From assembly GCA_032128115.1 (NCBI GenBank), contig JAQBHB010000040.1:64001-128000 (forward strand): a stretch of DNA of 64,000 nt, written 5' to 3'. Both the position numbers and the translations under genes were made by a program. Shown here one piece after another: positions 26,457-35,277 of the stretch. Position 1 is the stretch's first letter; each line of letters opens with the position of its first letter. The stretch comes from Deltaproteobacteria bacterium (GTDB lineage: Bacteria; Myxococcota_A; UBA9160; SMWR01). Below the pieces are notes generated by a model. It saw nothing but the letters and a program-made list of their open reading frames with translations. It was not told the DNA's origin and made no database searches.

Positions 26457-27530
26457 GTGACATCTCCGCTCGCGAGCCTTCCCGACGATCAGCTCCTGTC
26501 TCGTCTGCATACCCTGGTCCGTCGCGGCAACGCCGTGGAGGCCGAGCTGCTCGGGCATCTCGGCGAGGTGGACACGCGCCGTCTCTACCTGGGCGAGGGG
26601 TGCTCGTCGATGTTTGCGTATTGCGTCCGGGTGCTGCACTTCGCGGAATCGGCCGCCTACAAGCGGATCGCCGCGGCCCGCGCGGCGCGGCGGCACCCCG
26701 CGATCCTGGAGGCCGTGCGATGTGGGGATCTGCACGTGACGGGCGTGAGCCTGCTGGCTCCACAGCTCGATTCCGACAATGCCGATGACTGGATCGCTGT
26801 CGCCCGGCATCAGACGGCGGACGCGATCCGGCGGCTGCTGGCCGACCGGCAGCCCAAGCCCGATGTTCCGACCTCAGTGCGTCGGGTGCCCACGAAAGAG
26901 CCCGAGAATGCGAGCGGTGCGGAGCACAGGCGAACGGCTCCTGTTCCCTCGACATCCGCTTGCGAACCGAGAACCGAGCGAGCCCGCACGGAGCCGCTGG
27001 GTGGCGAGCGCTACTGCGTGCGTTTCACCGCCGACGCGGCACTGCACGCACAGATCGACGAGCTCCGGGCGCTGATGCGTCACCAGATCCCGGACGGCGA
27101 CGTGGGCAAGATCCTGGCGCGGGCCGTGACGGTCCTGCTCGAGCAGGTGCGAAAGCGCAAGCTCGGACAGACCGACAAGCCGAGGCCCGCGAAGCCCGCG
27201 GGCGAGCGGCCGTCACGACATGTTCCCGCCCGCCTGCGAAGGGCGGTCTCGAGACGTGACGGAGCGCGTTGCACCTACGTATCCCCGGGCGGCCGCCGGT
27301 GCGAGGCTCGCGAGTTCCTGGAGTTCCACCACGTGGACCCCTGGGCTTGCTCCCGGGTTCATGCGATGGAGAACCTGACGCTGCGCTGCCGCGCGCACAA
27401 CCAGTACGCTGCGACTCGTGATTTCGGCGAGCGGCACATGGCTCGCTTTCGTGTACGCGAACTGGATTCAAATCCAGTTCGGAGCGGGGTCGTTCATCCC
27501 GGCGTTGCAGGGGGAGACCTACCGCGGTAG
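26457..27530 (+). CDS. HNH endonuclease with N-terminal DUF222-like helical domain
   Basis: N-terminal 'LLGHLGEVDTRRLYL..GCSSMFAYC..LHFAESAAYKRI'; C-terminal 'RDGARC...C...FLEFHHVDPW....NLTLRCRAHN' HNH motif with Zn ligands. Confidence 0.88.
   Translation: MTSPLASLPDDQLLSRLHTLVRRGNAVEAELLGHLGEVDTRRLYLGEGCSSMFAYCVRVLHFAESAAYKRIAAARAARRHPAILEAVRCGDLHVTGVSLLAPQLDSDNADDWIAVARHQTADAIRRLLADRQPKPDVPTSVRRVPTKEPENASGAEHRRTAPVPSTSACEPRTERARTEPLGGERYCVRFTADAALHAQIDELRALMRHQIPDGDVGKILARAVTVLLEQVRKRKLGQTDKPRPAKPAGERPSRHVPARLRRAVSRRDGARCTYVSPGGRRCEAREFLEFHHVDPWACSRVHAMENLTLRCRAHNQYAATRDFGERHMARFRVRELDSNPVRSGVVHPGVAGGDLPR
27460..27479. repeat. Palindrome P4, AACTGGATTCAAATCCAGTT (inside the 3' end of the HNH gene)
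   Basis: Arms extend to GAACTGGAT/ATCCAGTTC; translated as ELDSNPV. Confidence 0.92.
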
Positions 27531-29429
27531 CAGCGGCGGCATGGGGCAGCCGAGGGCGTCGGCGGTGGCGCGCAGGAGTTCGGCCTCGGCGATCGCGACG
27601 TTGCCGTCGGCGGCGATGTAATCCGCGCAGGCCTCCAGCACTTTTTGCTTGAGGCCTGGCGCCGCCTGGGCGAGCTCGTTCAGGGCCTCGTCCAGCGGAG
27701 CGAGTCCGCATCGGTCACGCGGCAGCTTTTCCAGATCGGGAAGGCCCAGGGTCTGGGCCGCGCGCCGGTACGCCCCGTCGGGGTCTTCCCCCGCGCGTGC
27801 CAGTGCCAGGGTGGACAGCAGCACGCCGCAGTGGGGCGCCAGACGTCGCATGGAGAAGTATTTGATGCCCGGGTCGTGAACAGGCTCGAAGTGGGGCGCC
27901 AGGTGTGCGAGCAGCAGCCGTTGCAGCGTCCATTCGAAGAGGTCGATCCGGGCATCGGCGCGCACGAGTGCTTCGATATTCCTGCGGAAGCTCTGGTACT
28001 GACCCGCAGAGAGGTCGCGGAGAGCCGGCAGCGCCATGTCCACCAGCGGTAGCCGTGTGCGCGGATCGAGCTGCTCGACTTCGGGCAGGAGTTTCAGGGT
28101 GAGTGCTTCGACACCCCGATCCGCGTGGGCGGACAGGTGTTCGACCTGCGCTCTTCGCGACGCAGGGTCGCGGTCGATCAGCAGCGCATAGACCAGCGCC
28201 CGGGCGCCGTAGCTCTCGTGAACGGCTTCGCTGATCCCGGCGGGGAGCGAGCGAATCAGATCGGCCGCGTAGGCCAGATGCTCGAGGGTAGGGCGCCCGA
28301 TGCTCTCGACCGCGTTGTCGATGGACACCCGGGGGCCCTCCCCCCCGGCAAACTGCGATGCCGCGCCACCCGCTGCCGGCTCCGACACCGCATGCGCCAG
28401 CGTTCGAAACTCCCCATCGAACGACGGATCGAGCCGGCGGATCCGCTCCGCGAGCGGGGGATGCGTGGCGAAGATCGAGTTCAAGCCGCCGCGCAGCGCC
28501 TGGCCGAAAAAGAGATGACTTGCCTCTGGCGCATAGGGGCTCGCCAGCGTCGAACCGCTGGCGAAGCCGCCAATGCGTTTGAGTGCACCCGCGATTCCGT
28601 CGGGGTCGCGGGTGAACTGCACGGCCGAGGCATCCGCCAGGAATTCCCGCTGCCGGCTCACCGAGGCCTTGATCCACTTGCCGAAGAACGTGCCCAGCGA
28701 GCCGATCGCGATCAGACCGACGCCCAGGGCGAGCAGCATGATCCCGCTGTTGTCGCGATTCGAGCGCCGGCCTACGGACCGGTACATCGTCGAGCGCAGC
28801 ACGATGTAGCCGAGCATGCCGATCAGCAGGATGCCGTGGAGAACGCCCATGAGCCGGATGTTGAGGCGCATGTCGCCGTTGAGGATGTGGCTGAACTCGT
28901 GGGCTATCACGCCCTGGAGCTCATCGCGCTGCAGCTGCTGCAGCGTGCCGCGCGTCACGCCGATGACCGCATCGGCGGGTGAGAACCCCGCGGCGAAGGC
29001 ATTGATGCCTTCCTCGTCCTCGAGCAGGTAGACCGGTGGCGTAGGCGTTCCAGACGCGAGAGCGATTTCTTCGACCACGTTCAGCAGAACGCGTTCGCGG
29101 AGATCGAGGCCATCCGGGTGGAGCAGGCGTCCACCGAGATGTTCGGCCACGATTCGGCCTCCGCCGCGGAGCTGCGAGATCTTGTAGAGGCTGCCGCCGC
29201 CCACGAGCAGCAACACACCGATCGCGACCACGGCCATGAGATCCGGGTCCCACCAGTGGGGATCCAGGAGGACCGAGCCCGTCGGGTCCTGGCCCCCGTA
29301 CCCGACCAGGACCACCGCAAGTGCGTAGAGCGTGGCCGCGATGGCGACTACGGCCAGACCGAACAGGATCATGAGCCGTCCGGTGTTGCGTCGGGCGGCG
29401 TCCTGGTGCTCGAAGAAGTTGGTGGCCAA
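27519..29429 (-). CDS. M48 family (HtpX-like) Zn metallopeptidase, long form
   Basis: INAFAAG, AHEFSH (HExxH), SRQREFLADA, THPP; directly downstream of lemA. Confidence 0.92.
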   Translation of the reverse strand: MATNFFEHQDAARRNTGRLMILFGLAVVAIAATLYALAVVLVGYGGQDPTGSVLLDPHWWDPDLMAVVAIGVLLLVGGGSLYKISQLRGGGRIVAEHLGGRLLHPDGLDLRERVLLNVVEEIALASGTPTPPVYLLEDEEGINAFAAGFSPADAVIGVTRGTLQQLQRDELQGVIAHEFSHILNGDMRLNIRLMGVLHGILLIGMLGYIVLRSTMYRSVGRRSNRDNSGIMLLALGVGLIAIGSLGTFFGKWIKASVSRQREFLADASAVQFTRDPDGIAGALKRIGGFASGSTLASPYAPEASHLFFGQALRGGLNSIFATHPPLAERIRRLDPSFDGEFRTLAHAVSEPAAGGAASQFAGGEGPRVSIDNAVESIGRPTLEHLAYAADLIRSLPAGISEAVHESYGARALVYALLIDRDPASRRAQVEHLSAHADRGVEALTLKLLPEVEQLDPRTRLPLVDMALPALRDLSAGQYQSFRRNIEALVRADARIDLFEWTLQRLLLAHLAPHFEPVHDPGIKYFSMRRLAPHCGVLLSTLALARAGEDPDGAYRRAAQTLGLPDLEKLPRDRCGLAPLDEALNELAQAAPGLKQKVLEACADYIAADGNVAIAEAELLRATADALGCPMPPLLPR

Positions 29430-29435
29430 GGCGAT

Positions 29436-30026
29436 CTAGAACGAGACCTTCGGGGCTTCGGCGATGGCCTCGCTATCGAACTCGAGCAGCGTTGCGTCCG
29501 CGGCGTGCCCGAACATCCCGGCGAGCATCACCGCCGGGAAGCTCTGCTTGTAGGTGTTGTAGACCATGACGGCGTCGTTGAAGGCCTGTCGCGCGAACGA
29601 GACCTTGTTCTCGGTCGTCGTGAGTTCTTCCGAGAGCTGCATCATGTTCGCGTTGGCCTTGAGATCCGGGTACGACTCCACGAGCGCAAGCAGCCGCCCC
29701 ACCGCACCGGTCAGTGCGCCCTCGGCGCCACCCAGGGCCTGTATCGCCTCGGGATTGCTCGGGTCGCTGGCCGCGTTTGCGAGGCCCTGCTGCGCCTGGT
29801 TGCGCGCCCGGATCACCGCGTCCAGCGTCTCGCGCTCGTGCTTCATGTAGCCCTTGGCGGTCTCCACCAGGTTGGGGATCAGGTCGTGACGTCGCTTGAG
29901 CTGGACCTCGATCTGGGAGAACGCGTTCTTGTAGCGGTTTCGAAGGGCGACGAGCCGGTTGAAGATCCCGATGAGGAAAACGCCAAGCAGGATCACGATC
30001 CCGACGAAGACGAGCAGGCCGATCAT
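29436..30026 (-). CDS. lemA: LemA family protein
   Basis: N-terminal TM, QLKRRHDLIPNLVET, ESYPDLKAN; start ATG 30026. Confidence 0.93.
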   Translation of the reverse strand: MIGLLVFVGIVILLGVFLIGIFNRLVALRNRYKNAFSQIEVQLKRRHDLIPNLVETAKGYMKHERETLDAVIRARNQAQQGLANAASDPSNPEAIQALGGAEGALTGAVGRLLALVESYPDLKANANMMQLSEELTTTENKVSFARQAFNDAVMVYNTYKQSFPAVMLAGMFGHAADATLLEFDSEAIAEAPKVSF

Positions 30027-30210
30027 TGCGAACCCCCCTGAGAATGCCTGCAAGACTACTGGAGTTGCCTGCCCCCGACCCGGATTTCCGGCTGCGGGGC
30101 GCGATTTTGGCGGCATCTCGCGTCGACGCACCCCCCGCCAGGCGCTATCAAACCGTGGATTCCGGGCCCTGGGGCCCGAATCCGCAGAAACCGCATTCAG
30201 GGGGACTTCC

Positions 30211-31035
30211 ATGAATCCGCTCGTGAGATGCGACCCGTCGGCCCCCCGAACCGTCCTGGCCATGGGGCTGTCCCTGCTGGCCTTGGGTGGCTGTGCCTCG
30301 TATGGCGGGGGCAATTTCAACTACGCGGCCAATCCGGATCTGCAGACGGTGATGCTGTATTCCGGGACACCGAGCCCGGTGGGTGTCCGGGTGGGCGAGG
30401 TGGAGACCACGGCGCGGGGAGGCAGCGGCTGCAGCGACCTGGGCAACACGGCGATCCGGGAGCTGCTGGCCGACGCCAAGCAACTCGGCGGCATCGGCGT
30501 GAAGGACGTCCAGTTCCGGGGGCGCTCGCGTTGGGTGGGCCAGATCGTCTGCAAGGATGGAACCTTCGGCCGCTCCGTGGACGTGCGCGGCGTGGCCTAC
30601 CACCTGGGAGACCTGGTGCCGATGCCCCAGCCGGTTTCGATGCCGGTGCCCAAGGAGATGCGCTCCCAGTTCACCGAGGTGGCGATCCTGTCGGTCGCGG
30701 CCCAGGAGCCCATCCCGGATTGGGTGACGACCTACATCCAGCCGGTCTCCCATCCGCTCGAAGCGCTGAAGGTGACGTGGATGGAGACGCACAAAAGCAG
30801 GGGCTGGTACCCGGTTTCGCGGGCCTCCGGCCGCATCGAGGTGGGCTACCAGCAGGACCAGTTCGAGTTGCGCGTGGGAGTGGATTACACCAAGACGGAG
30901 ATCACCGGTCGCATTCTCACGTCGAGGAACCTGGGTCAGACGACGACCGTGATCAGCGCCGAAGGCAGGAAGTGGTTCCGCGAATTCATGGCCAGGACCG
31001 AGTCGGCCCTGACGGATCTGGCGGCCCGTCGCTAG
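30211..31035 (+). CDS. Hypothetical lipoprotein
   Basis: Lipobox LALGGC; GGGGA RBS before ATG 30211; coding-like composition. Confidence 0.65.
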   Translation: MNPLVRCDPSAPRTVLAMGLSLLALGGCASYGGGNFNYAANPDLQTVMLYSGTPSPVGVRVGEVETTARGGSGCSDLGNTAIRELLADAKQLGGIGVKDVQFRGRSRWVGQIVCKDGTFGRSVDVRGVAYHLGDLVPMPQPVSMPVPKEMRSQFTEVAILSVAAQEPIPDWVTTYIQPVSHPLEALKVTWMETHKSRGWYPVSRASGRIEVGYQQDQFELRVGVDYTKTEITGRILTSRNLGQTTTVISAEGRKWFREFMARTESALTDLAARR

Positions 31036-31057
31036 CGGACTTCGGCACCGGCACGAA

Positions 31058-34000
31058 TTACCACGTGCTCCACACGTGGTCGAGGGCGGCGCGCAGGTAT
31101 CGGAGCATGAGACGCGGGGGCATGGCGATGGCCTCGTCGCTCATGTCGACCACCGGGACGGCGCCGATGCGAACGAGTTCGGGAGCGGTCCAGGCAGCCT
31201 CGGCGTTTTCGCCGAAGGCGCGGGCGCGCACCATGAAGTCGTCGCCGTCCGCGAGTCCGGTGATGCGGTGGCGTCGCGTGGGCGAAAGCGTCGCGCGCTG
31301 CCACGCGGAAGTGCCCAGGCGCTTCCACTCCACGTGGTAGCCGTCGATGCGGAGGTCGTCGGGCTCGTCCCACACCACGTCGGCGGCGCCGCCGCTGGGA
31401 CTCACCAGGAAGGCGCGGAGTCCGGGCAGGGGGCCGCTGCGCTGGCGCGCGAGCCGGGTGCGGGCGGCCTCGACGGCGATCTCGATGTCGCGGGGAAGCC
31501 GCACCCCGGCGCCCGCCGCCTCGGGCGCCTTGCGGTACACCACGGCCGGCGACGCGAAGAAGGCGCGTGCGTCCTCGCGCAGCCACTCGGGGGGTGCGTC
31601 GCCCGCGTAGGGCGCCAGCAGCAGCGAGAAGCGCTCGTGCTCGCCGTTGTAGCTGGGGCCGTTGGGGCGCAGGGACGACGAGAAGAGTTCGGTGATGTCG
31701 GCGCCGATGCCGTCTCCGTCCAGATGGCTGTAGTCGAGCTGGCGCCCGTAATAGGAACCGAAGGGGTTGAGCCAGAGCATCTGCCGGCCCTCGAACTCGC
31801 GCAGGCGCATGGGTGCGAACGCGAACGAGGCCCGCACGTCGGCGTCGGCTGCCACCAACAGCCCGTTCTGGCGATCGCTCACCGCCACCCAGCCGGCCGT
31901 GATCTGGTGGTTGAAGGCATCGATCTCGGCGTTGTTCGGATTGATCTGTGCGTAGTCCAGGTCGTAGAAGGAGGTGACGTCCAGGTAGTTGTGCTTCCAG
32001 ACGCGCAGGGGTTTCTCGCGGGTGCCCTGGAGGAGCGGTTTCAGCTGGAAGGGCGCCACCTCGATCCAGCGCTGGTCGAGGAGGCGGCGCAGCTTCTGGG
32101 CGGCGGTGTGCAGGACGTCGCGTTTGCGGGTGTAGGGATAGGCGACCTCCACATCGGCCACGAGCCAGGGGGCATTGGCCGGCAACGAGAGCGTCACCTC
32201 GATCTCGGCCGCCACCTCGGCGTCGTCTGGTGTCTCGAAGGGCACGCGCGTGCGCAGGTGCACCCGGTCGAGCCAATCCGAGCCGGTCTCGGGAGCGCGG
32301 ATCTCCCACGCCCCGTTGTCCCATTGCACGGGCACGTCGTCGCTGCGGTAGCTGATGAAGGCGGACAGGAAGTCCGGCCCCCCGGCCACCCAGTCGCCGG
32401 CCTGCAGGCTCGAGATCCCCGACTCCGGATCGAGGGTCACCTGCACGTGGCCGTTGGCGAGGCGCCCCGGCGACGCGGGGGCGTTCGCCGGGGGGGCCGC
32501 GTCGGGCATGAGCCGAAGCGTGTGCATCTCGGCGGGCGCCAGGGGCAGCAACGCCCACAGCGTGCCGGCGACGCGACCGTCGCCCAGGTCCAACCGGCTC
32601 ACGATGGCGTGGGGAAAGGGAGCTCCCGCCTCGTCCTCCAGGCGGGTTGCCGGCACGGCCCCCGCGAAGATCAAGGGAATGCGAAGCAACGTCCGTGTGA
32701 CAACGCCAGGGGCGAGCGGGCGCACGTCGCGCACGTCGAAGACGTAGAGGGCCTCGCGGTCCGGCCTGGGTCCCGAGGCGACGGCAGCATCGGCCAGCAG
32801 CCGCTCGGCGCGCCAGGCCAGCTCGCGAGCGCGGCCCGTCACCGATTCGGCCACGGCCTGGCGCTCCTCGTTCACGATCGGAGTACTCATGCCGAAATGC
32901 GTGGTCGAGAGGCCCACCACCCGCTCCCAGAAACTCGAGTCGCGTTCATTCCACAGCAGTTCGAAGGCCTCGCGGCGCACGGAATCGGGTGCGCCGGATG
33001 CGAGGGTCTGCGCGCGCCAGCTGGCCAGGCGCGATTGTTCGAGACGCGTCCAGATCGAATGGCTCGCGAATTTTTCCGCCCACGAGTACTGTCCGTCGAA
33101 GCCCCCGTCGGCCAGGTCCTGGTGCACCATCACGTCGCCCACCGGCGGATGGTCTTTCAGGTAACGCGCGGGCGTCGTGAACTCGGCCCAGTCGTAGCGA
33201 TTCACGGCTTCGATGTACTCGCGCAGACCGCCGGCGTTGGGGAGCCACATCAGCACCGCCGGCAGGTTCTGGGGCAGCCAGAAGTCGCCATCGGCATCGG
33301 CGTTGATGTGGAGCAGCAGGTCGCCGCCCACCTGGCCGTCGGTCTGGAGCGCGCGCAGATCGAGCAGCCACTTCTCCAGCGAGATGTGATCCACCACGTC
33401 GCCCACGCTGGACGTGGGCAGCAGCAGCATGCGGGGGCCGTTGGCGCGCATGCGAAAGCGCGTGACGCCGTAGCGCTGCTCCGGGGGCAGCGGCTTCAGG
33501 AACGACGAGATCGCATTGAAGGGCACGCTGCTGTACAGGAGCGCCAGCCCCTCGATTCCCTCCTGCTGCAGGATCCCCATCACCCCGGGTGTGAGCATCA
33601 TCTCCTGGGGGCGCAGGATCGGCGTGAAGTTGCCGAACAGGTCGCGCACACCGGAGCCCCACGGGTTTGAAATGGCCCAGCGCACGTTGGCGCGCAGTTC
33701 TTCGGGCGTCATGGCGTGGATCAGGCCGTTGTCGTACGGCATCAGCAGGATCTCGTCGCGACCAGCGGCCACGCGCCGCCGGATGCCTTCCAGGATGTCC
33801 GGCGCATGTTCGGGAAGGATGCGCTCGTAGGTGAAGAGATTCTCCACGTCCCAGTAGCCGCGGGCGTCGAGTCCTTCGGCGTTGGCCTCGTCCAGAATGC
33901 GCAGGATCTCGCGCACCACGCGGATGTCGGTGCCGAAGCCGGCTTCGTCGGGCGTGTCGCCCCTCCACGAGTGATAGAAGTTCCCGTGGAACCCCAGGGC

Positions 34001-34084
34001 CACGTAGACCTTGTGGGGGCTTTCGCCGGTGTCGCCTCCGCAGCCCAGCGCGAGAACCAGGGCGGCGGCGAGCGCCCGCGTCAA
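31058..34084 (-). CDS. Putative lipoprotein with GH38/GH57-like N-terminal barrel and C-terminal fibronectin type III domain
   Basis: Lipobox LALGC; 'FHGNFYHSWRGD' His motif, 'LRPQE'; FN3-like 'VVWDEP..IDGYHVEW..ITGL..G..F.VRARA'; TTG start overlaps the upstream stop. Confidence 0.6.
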   Translation of the reverse strand: MTRALAAALVLALGCGGDTGESPHKVYVALGFHGNFYHSWRGDTPDEAGFGTDIRVVREILRILDEANAEGLDARGYWDVENLFTYERILPEHAPDILEGIRRRVAAGRDEILLMPYDNGLIHAMTPEELRANVRWAISNPWGSGVRDLFGNFTPILRPQEMMLTPGVMGILQQEGIEGLALLYSSVPFNAISSFLKPLPPEQRYGVTRFRMRANGPRMLLLPTSSVGDVVDHISLEKWLLDLRALQTDGQVGGDLLLHINADADGDFWLPQNLPAVLMWLPNAGGLREYIEAVNRYDWAEFTTPARYLKDHPPVGDVMVHQDLADGGFDGQYSWAEKFASHSIWTRLEQSRLASWRAQTLASGAPDSVRREAFELLWNERDSSFWERVVGLSTTHFGMSTPIVNEERQAVAESVTGRARELAWRAERLLADAAVASGPRPDREALYVFDVRDVRPLAPGVVTRTLLRIPLIFAGAVPATRLEDEAGAPFPHAIVSRLDLGDGRVAGTLWALLPLAPAEMHTLRLMPDAAPPANAPASPGRLANGHVQVTLDPESGISSLQAGDWVAGGPDFLSAFISYRSDDVPVQWDNGAWEIRAPETGSDWLDRVHLRTRVPFETPDDAEVAAEIEVTLSLPANAPWLVADVEVAYPYTRKRDVLHTAAQKLRRLLDQRWIEVAPFQLKPLLQGTREKPLRVWKHNYLDVTSFYDLDYAQINPNNAEIDAFNHQITAGWVAVSDRQNGLLVAADADVRASFAFAPMRLREFEGRQMLWLNPFGSYYGRQLDYSHLDGDGIGADITELFSSSLRPNGPSYNGEHERFSLLLAPYAGDAPPEWLREDARAFFASPAVVYRKAPEAAGAGVRLPRDIEIAVEAARTRLARQRSGPLPGLRAFLVSPSGGAADVVWDEPDDLRIDGYHVEWKRLGTSAWQRATLSPTRRHRITGLADGDDFMVRARAFGENAEAAWTAPELVRIGAVPVVDMSDEAIAMPPRLMLRYLRAALDHVWSTW

Positions 34085-35277
34085 TCGTCGAGGGCCGAGA
34101 TCAGGGCGCCGTGGAAGTAGTCGAAGCTCCAGGTCACGGGCTCGAGATTCGCGGTGATCTTCATGGTGACTTCCATGTAGACCACCACCAGCTCGTTCAT
34201 CGGGTCGATCCAGAGGTTGATGCCGCCGGCCCCGGAGTGCACGTAGGCTCCAGGCGAGCCGATCGAGGGGCTGAAGTAGCGCCACTTCTCGCTGCCGGGG
34301 ACCATCCAGCCATAGCCGTAGCAGGCCTCCTTGATGGAGAGCGAGCCCAGGGTGGCGCCGATGCCCGGAATCTGGTTGCGGCTCATGTCGGCCACGGTCG
34401 GGCGGCTCAGGATGCGGGTATTTCCGTAGCTGCCGCCGTTCAGGAACATCTGGCCGAAGATCGCCAGATCCATGGGGGTCGAGTAGCAACCGCTGCCGCC
34501 GTTGACCGACTGCTGCCAGAACTCCGACTCGATACCCGGAAAGATGATCAGGGTCTCGGAAAGGGGCGCGTCCATGGGGCGCTGGAGCAGGCGCTCGCGC
34601 ATGTCGTCGCGCAGCACGTAGTCCGTGTCTTTCATGCCCAGCGGCCCGAACAGGCGCTCGCGCGCGAATTCTTCCAGGGGCTGCCCGCTCACCCGCTCGA
34701 TGATCATGCCAAGCAACAGATAGTTGTGGTTGGAGTACATCATTTCTTCGCCCGGCTTCCGGGTGCGATGCGCGGCCCTGCAAGCCTCGAACATCTTCTT
34801 GCCGACGCCGCGGACATCGCTCCAATCCGTCGGCTCTTCTCCCTTCAGGGTCTGGAGCAGGATGGGGAAGATCACCATGTCGTCGTAGCCCGAGGTGTGG
34901 GTCAGCAGGTGGTGCACCAGCATCAGGTCGATCTCCTCGCCCTCGAGTTCGGGCAGGTAGTCGACGGCGGGGCGCGAGGTGCTGAGCAGTCCGTCCTCGG
35001 CCAGCATCATGGCGAGCGTGGCGGTGATGGGCTTGGTGGCCGACGTGATCGGGAAGATGGCATCGCGAACCAGGGGCGGGGCGTCGGGCCCCGGGCGCAT
35101 CTGGCCAAACGCTTCGTGCAGGGGAATCACGCCGCGACGGGCGGCCAGCACCGCGAGCGAGGGCGTCAGTCCCTTCTTGACGGAGCTGGCGGCGATCTCT
35201 CTCGCGCGCTCGACCCGATCGGGCCGCATCCCGGCTTCCTGGGGTGTTCCGTATCGCAGCTCCGGATGCTTCGTCAT
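34081..35277 (-). CDS. Serine hydrolase, beta-lactamase family
   Basis: SATK (SxxK), HLLTHTSG, YSN, HSG. Confidence 0.9.
   Translation of the reverse strand: MTKHPELRYGTPQEAGMRPDRVERAREIAASSVKKGLTPSLAVLAARRGVIPLHEAFGQMRPGPDAPPLVRDAIFPITSATKPITATLAMMLAEDGLLSTSRPAVDYLPELEGEEIDLMLVHHLLTHTSGYDDMVIFPILLQTLKGEEPTDWSDVRGVGKKMFEACRAAHRTRKPGEEMMYSNHNYLLLGMIIERVSGQPLEEFARERLFGPLGMKDTDYVLRDDMRERLLQRPMDAPLSETLIIFPGIESEFWQQSVNGGSGCYSTPMDLAIFGQMFLNGGSYGNTRILSRPTVADMSRNQIPGIGATLGSLSIKEACYGYGWMVPGSEKWRYFSPSIGSPGAYVHSGAGGINLWIDPMNELVVVYMEVTMKITANLEPVTWSFDYFHGALISALDD

Larger units (their letters stand above)
26154..27489 (+). mobile_element. Putative HNH-encoding mobile element with palindromic terminal inverted repeats
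   Basis: 23-bp exact inverted repeats at 26158-26180 and 27457-27479; 11-bp direct repeat TCGTTCATCCC at 26143-26153 and 27490-27500; single HNH ORF. Confidence 0.55.

Noticed and set aside
11876..27500. Prophage or classical integrative element
   Set aside because: No integrase, structural, replication or conjugation genes are recognisable.
26457..27530. IscB/Cas9-like or RAYT/IS200 identity for the HNH protein
   Set aside because: No PLMP or RuvC motifs and no HUH/Tyr motif are visible; the architecture is a helical N-domain plus a C-terminal HNH.
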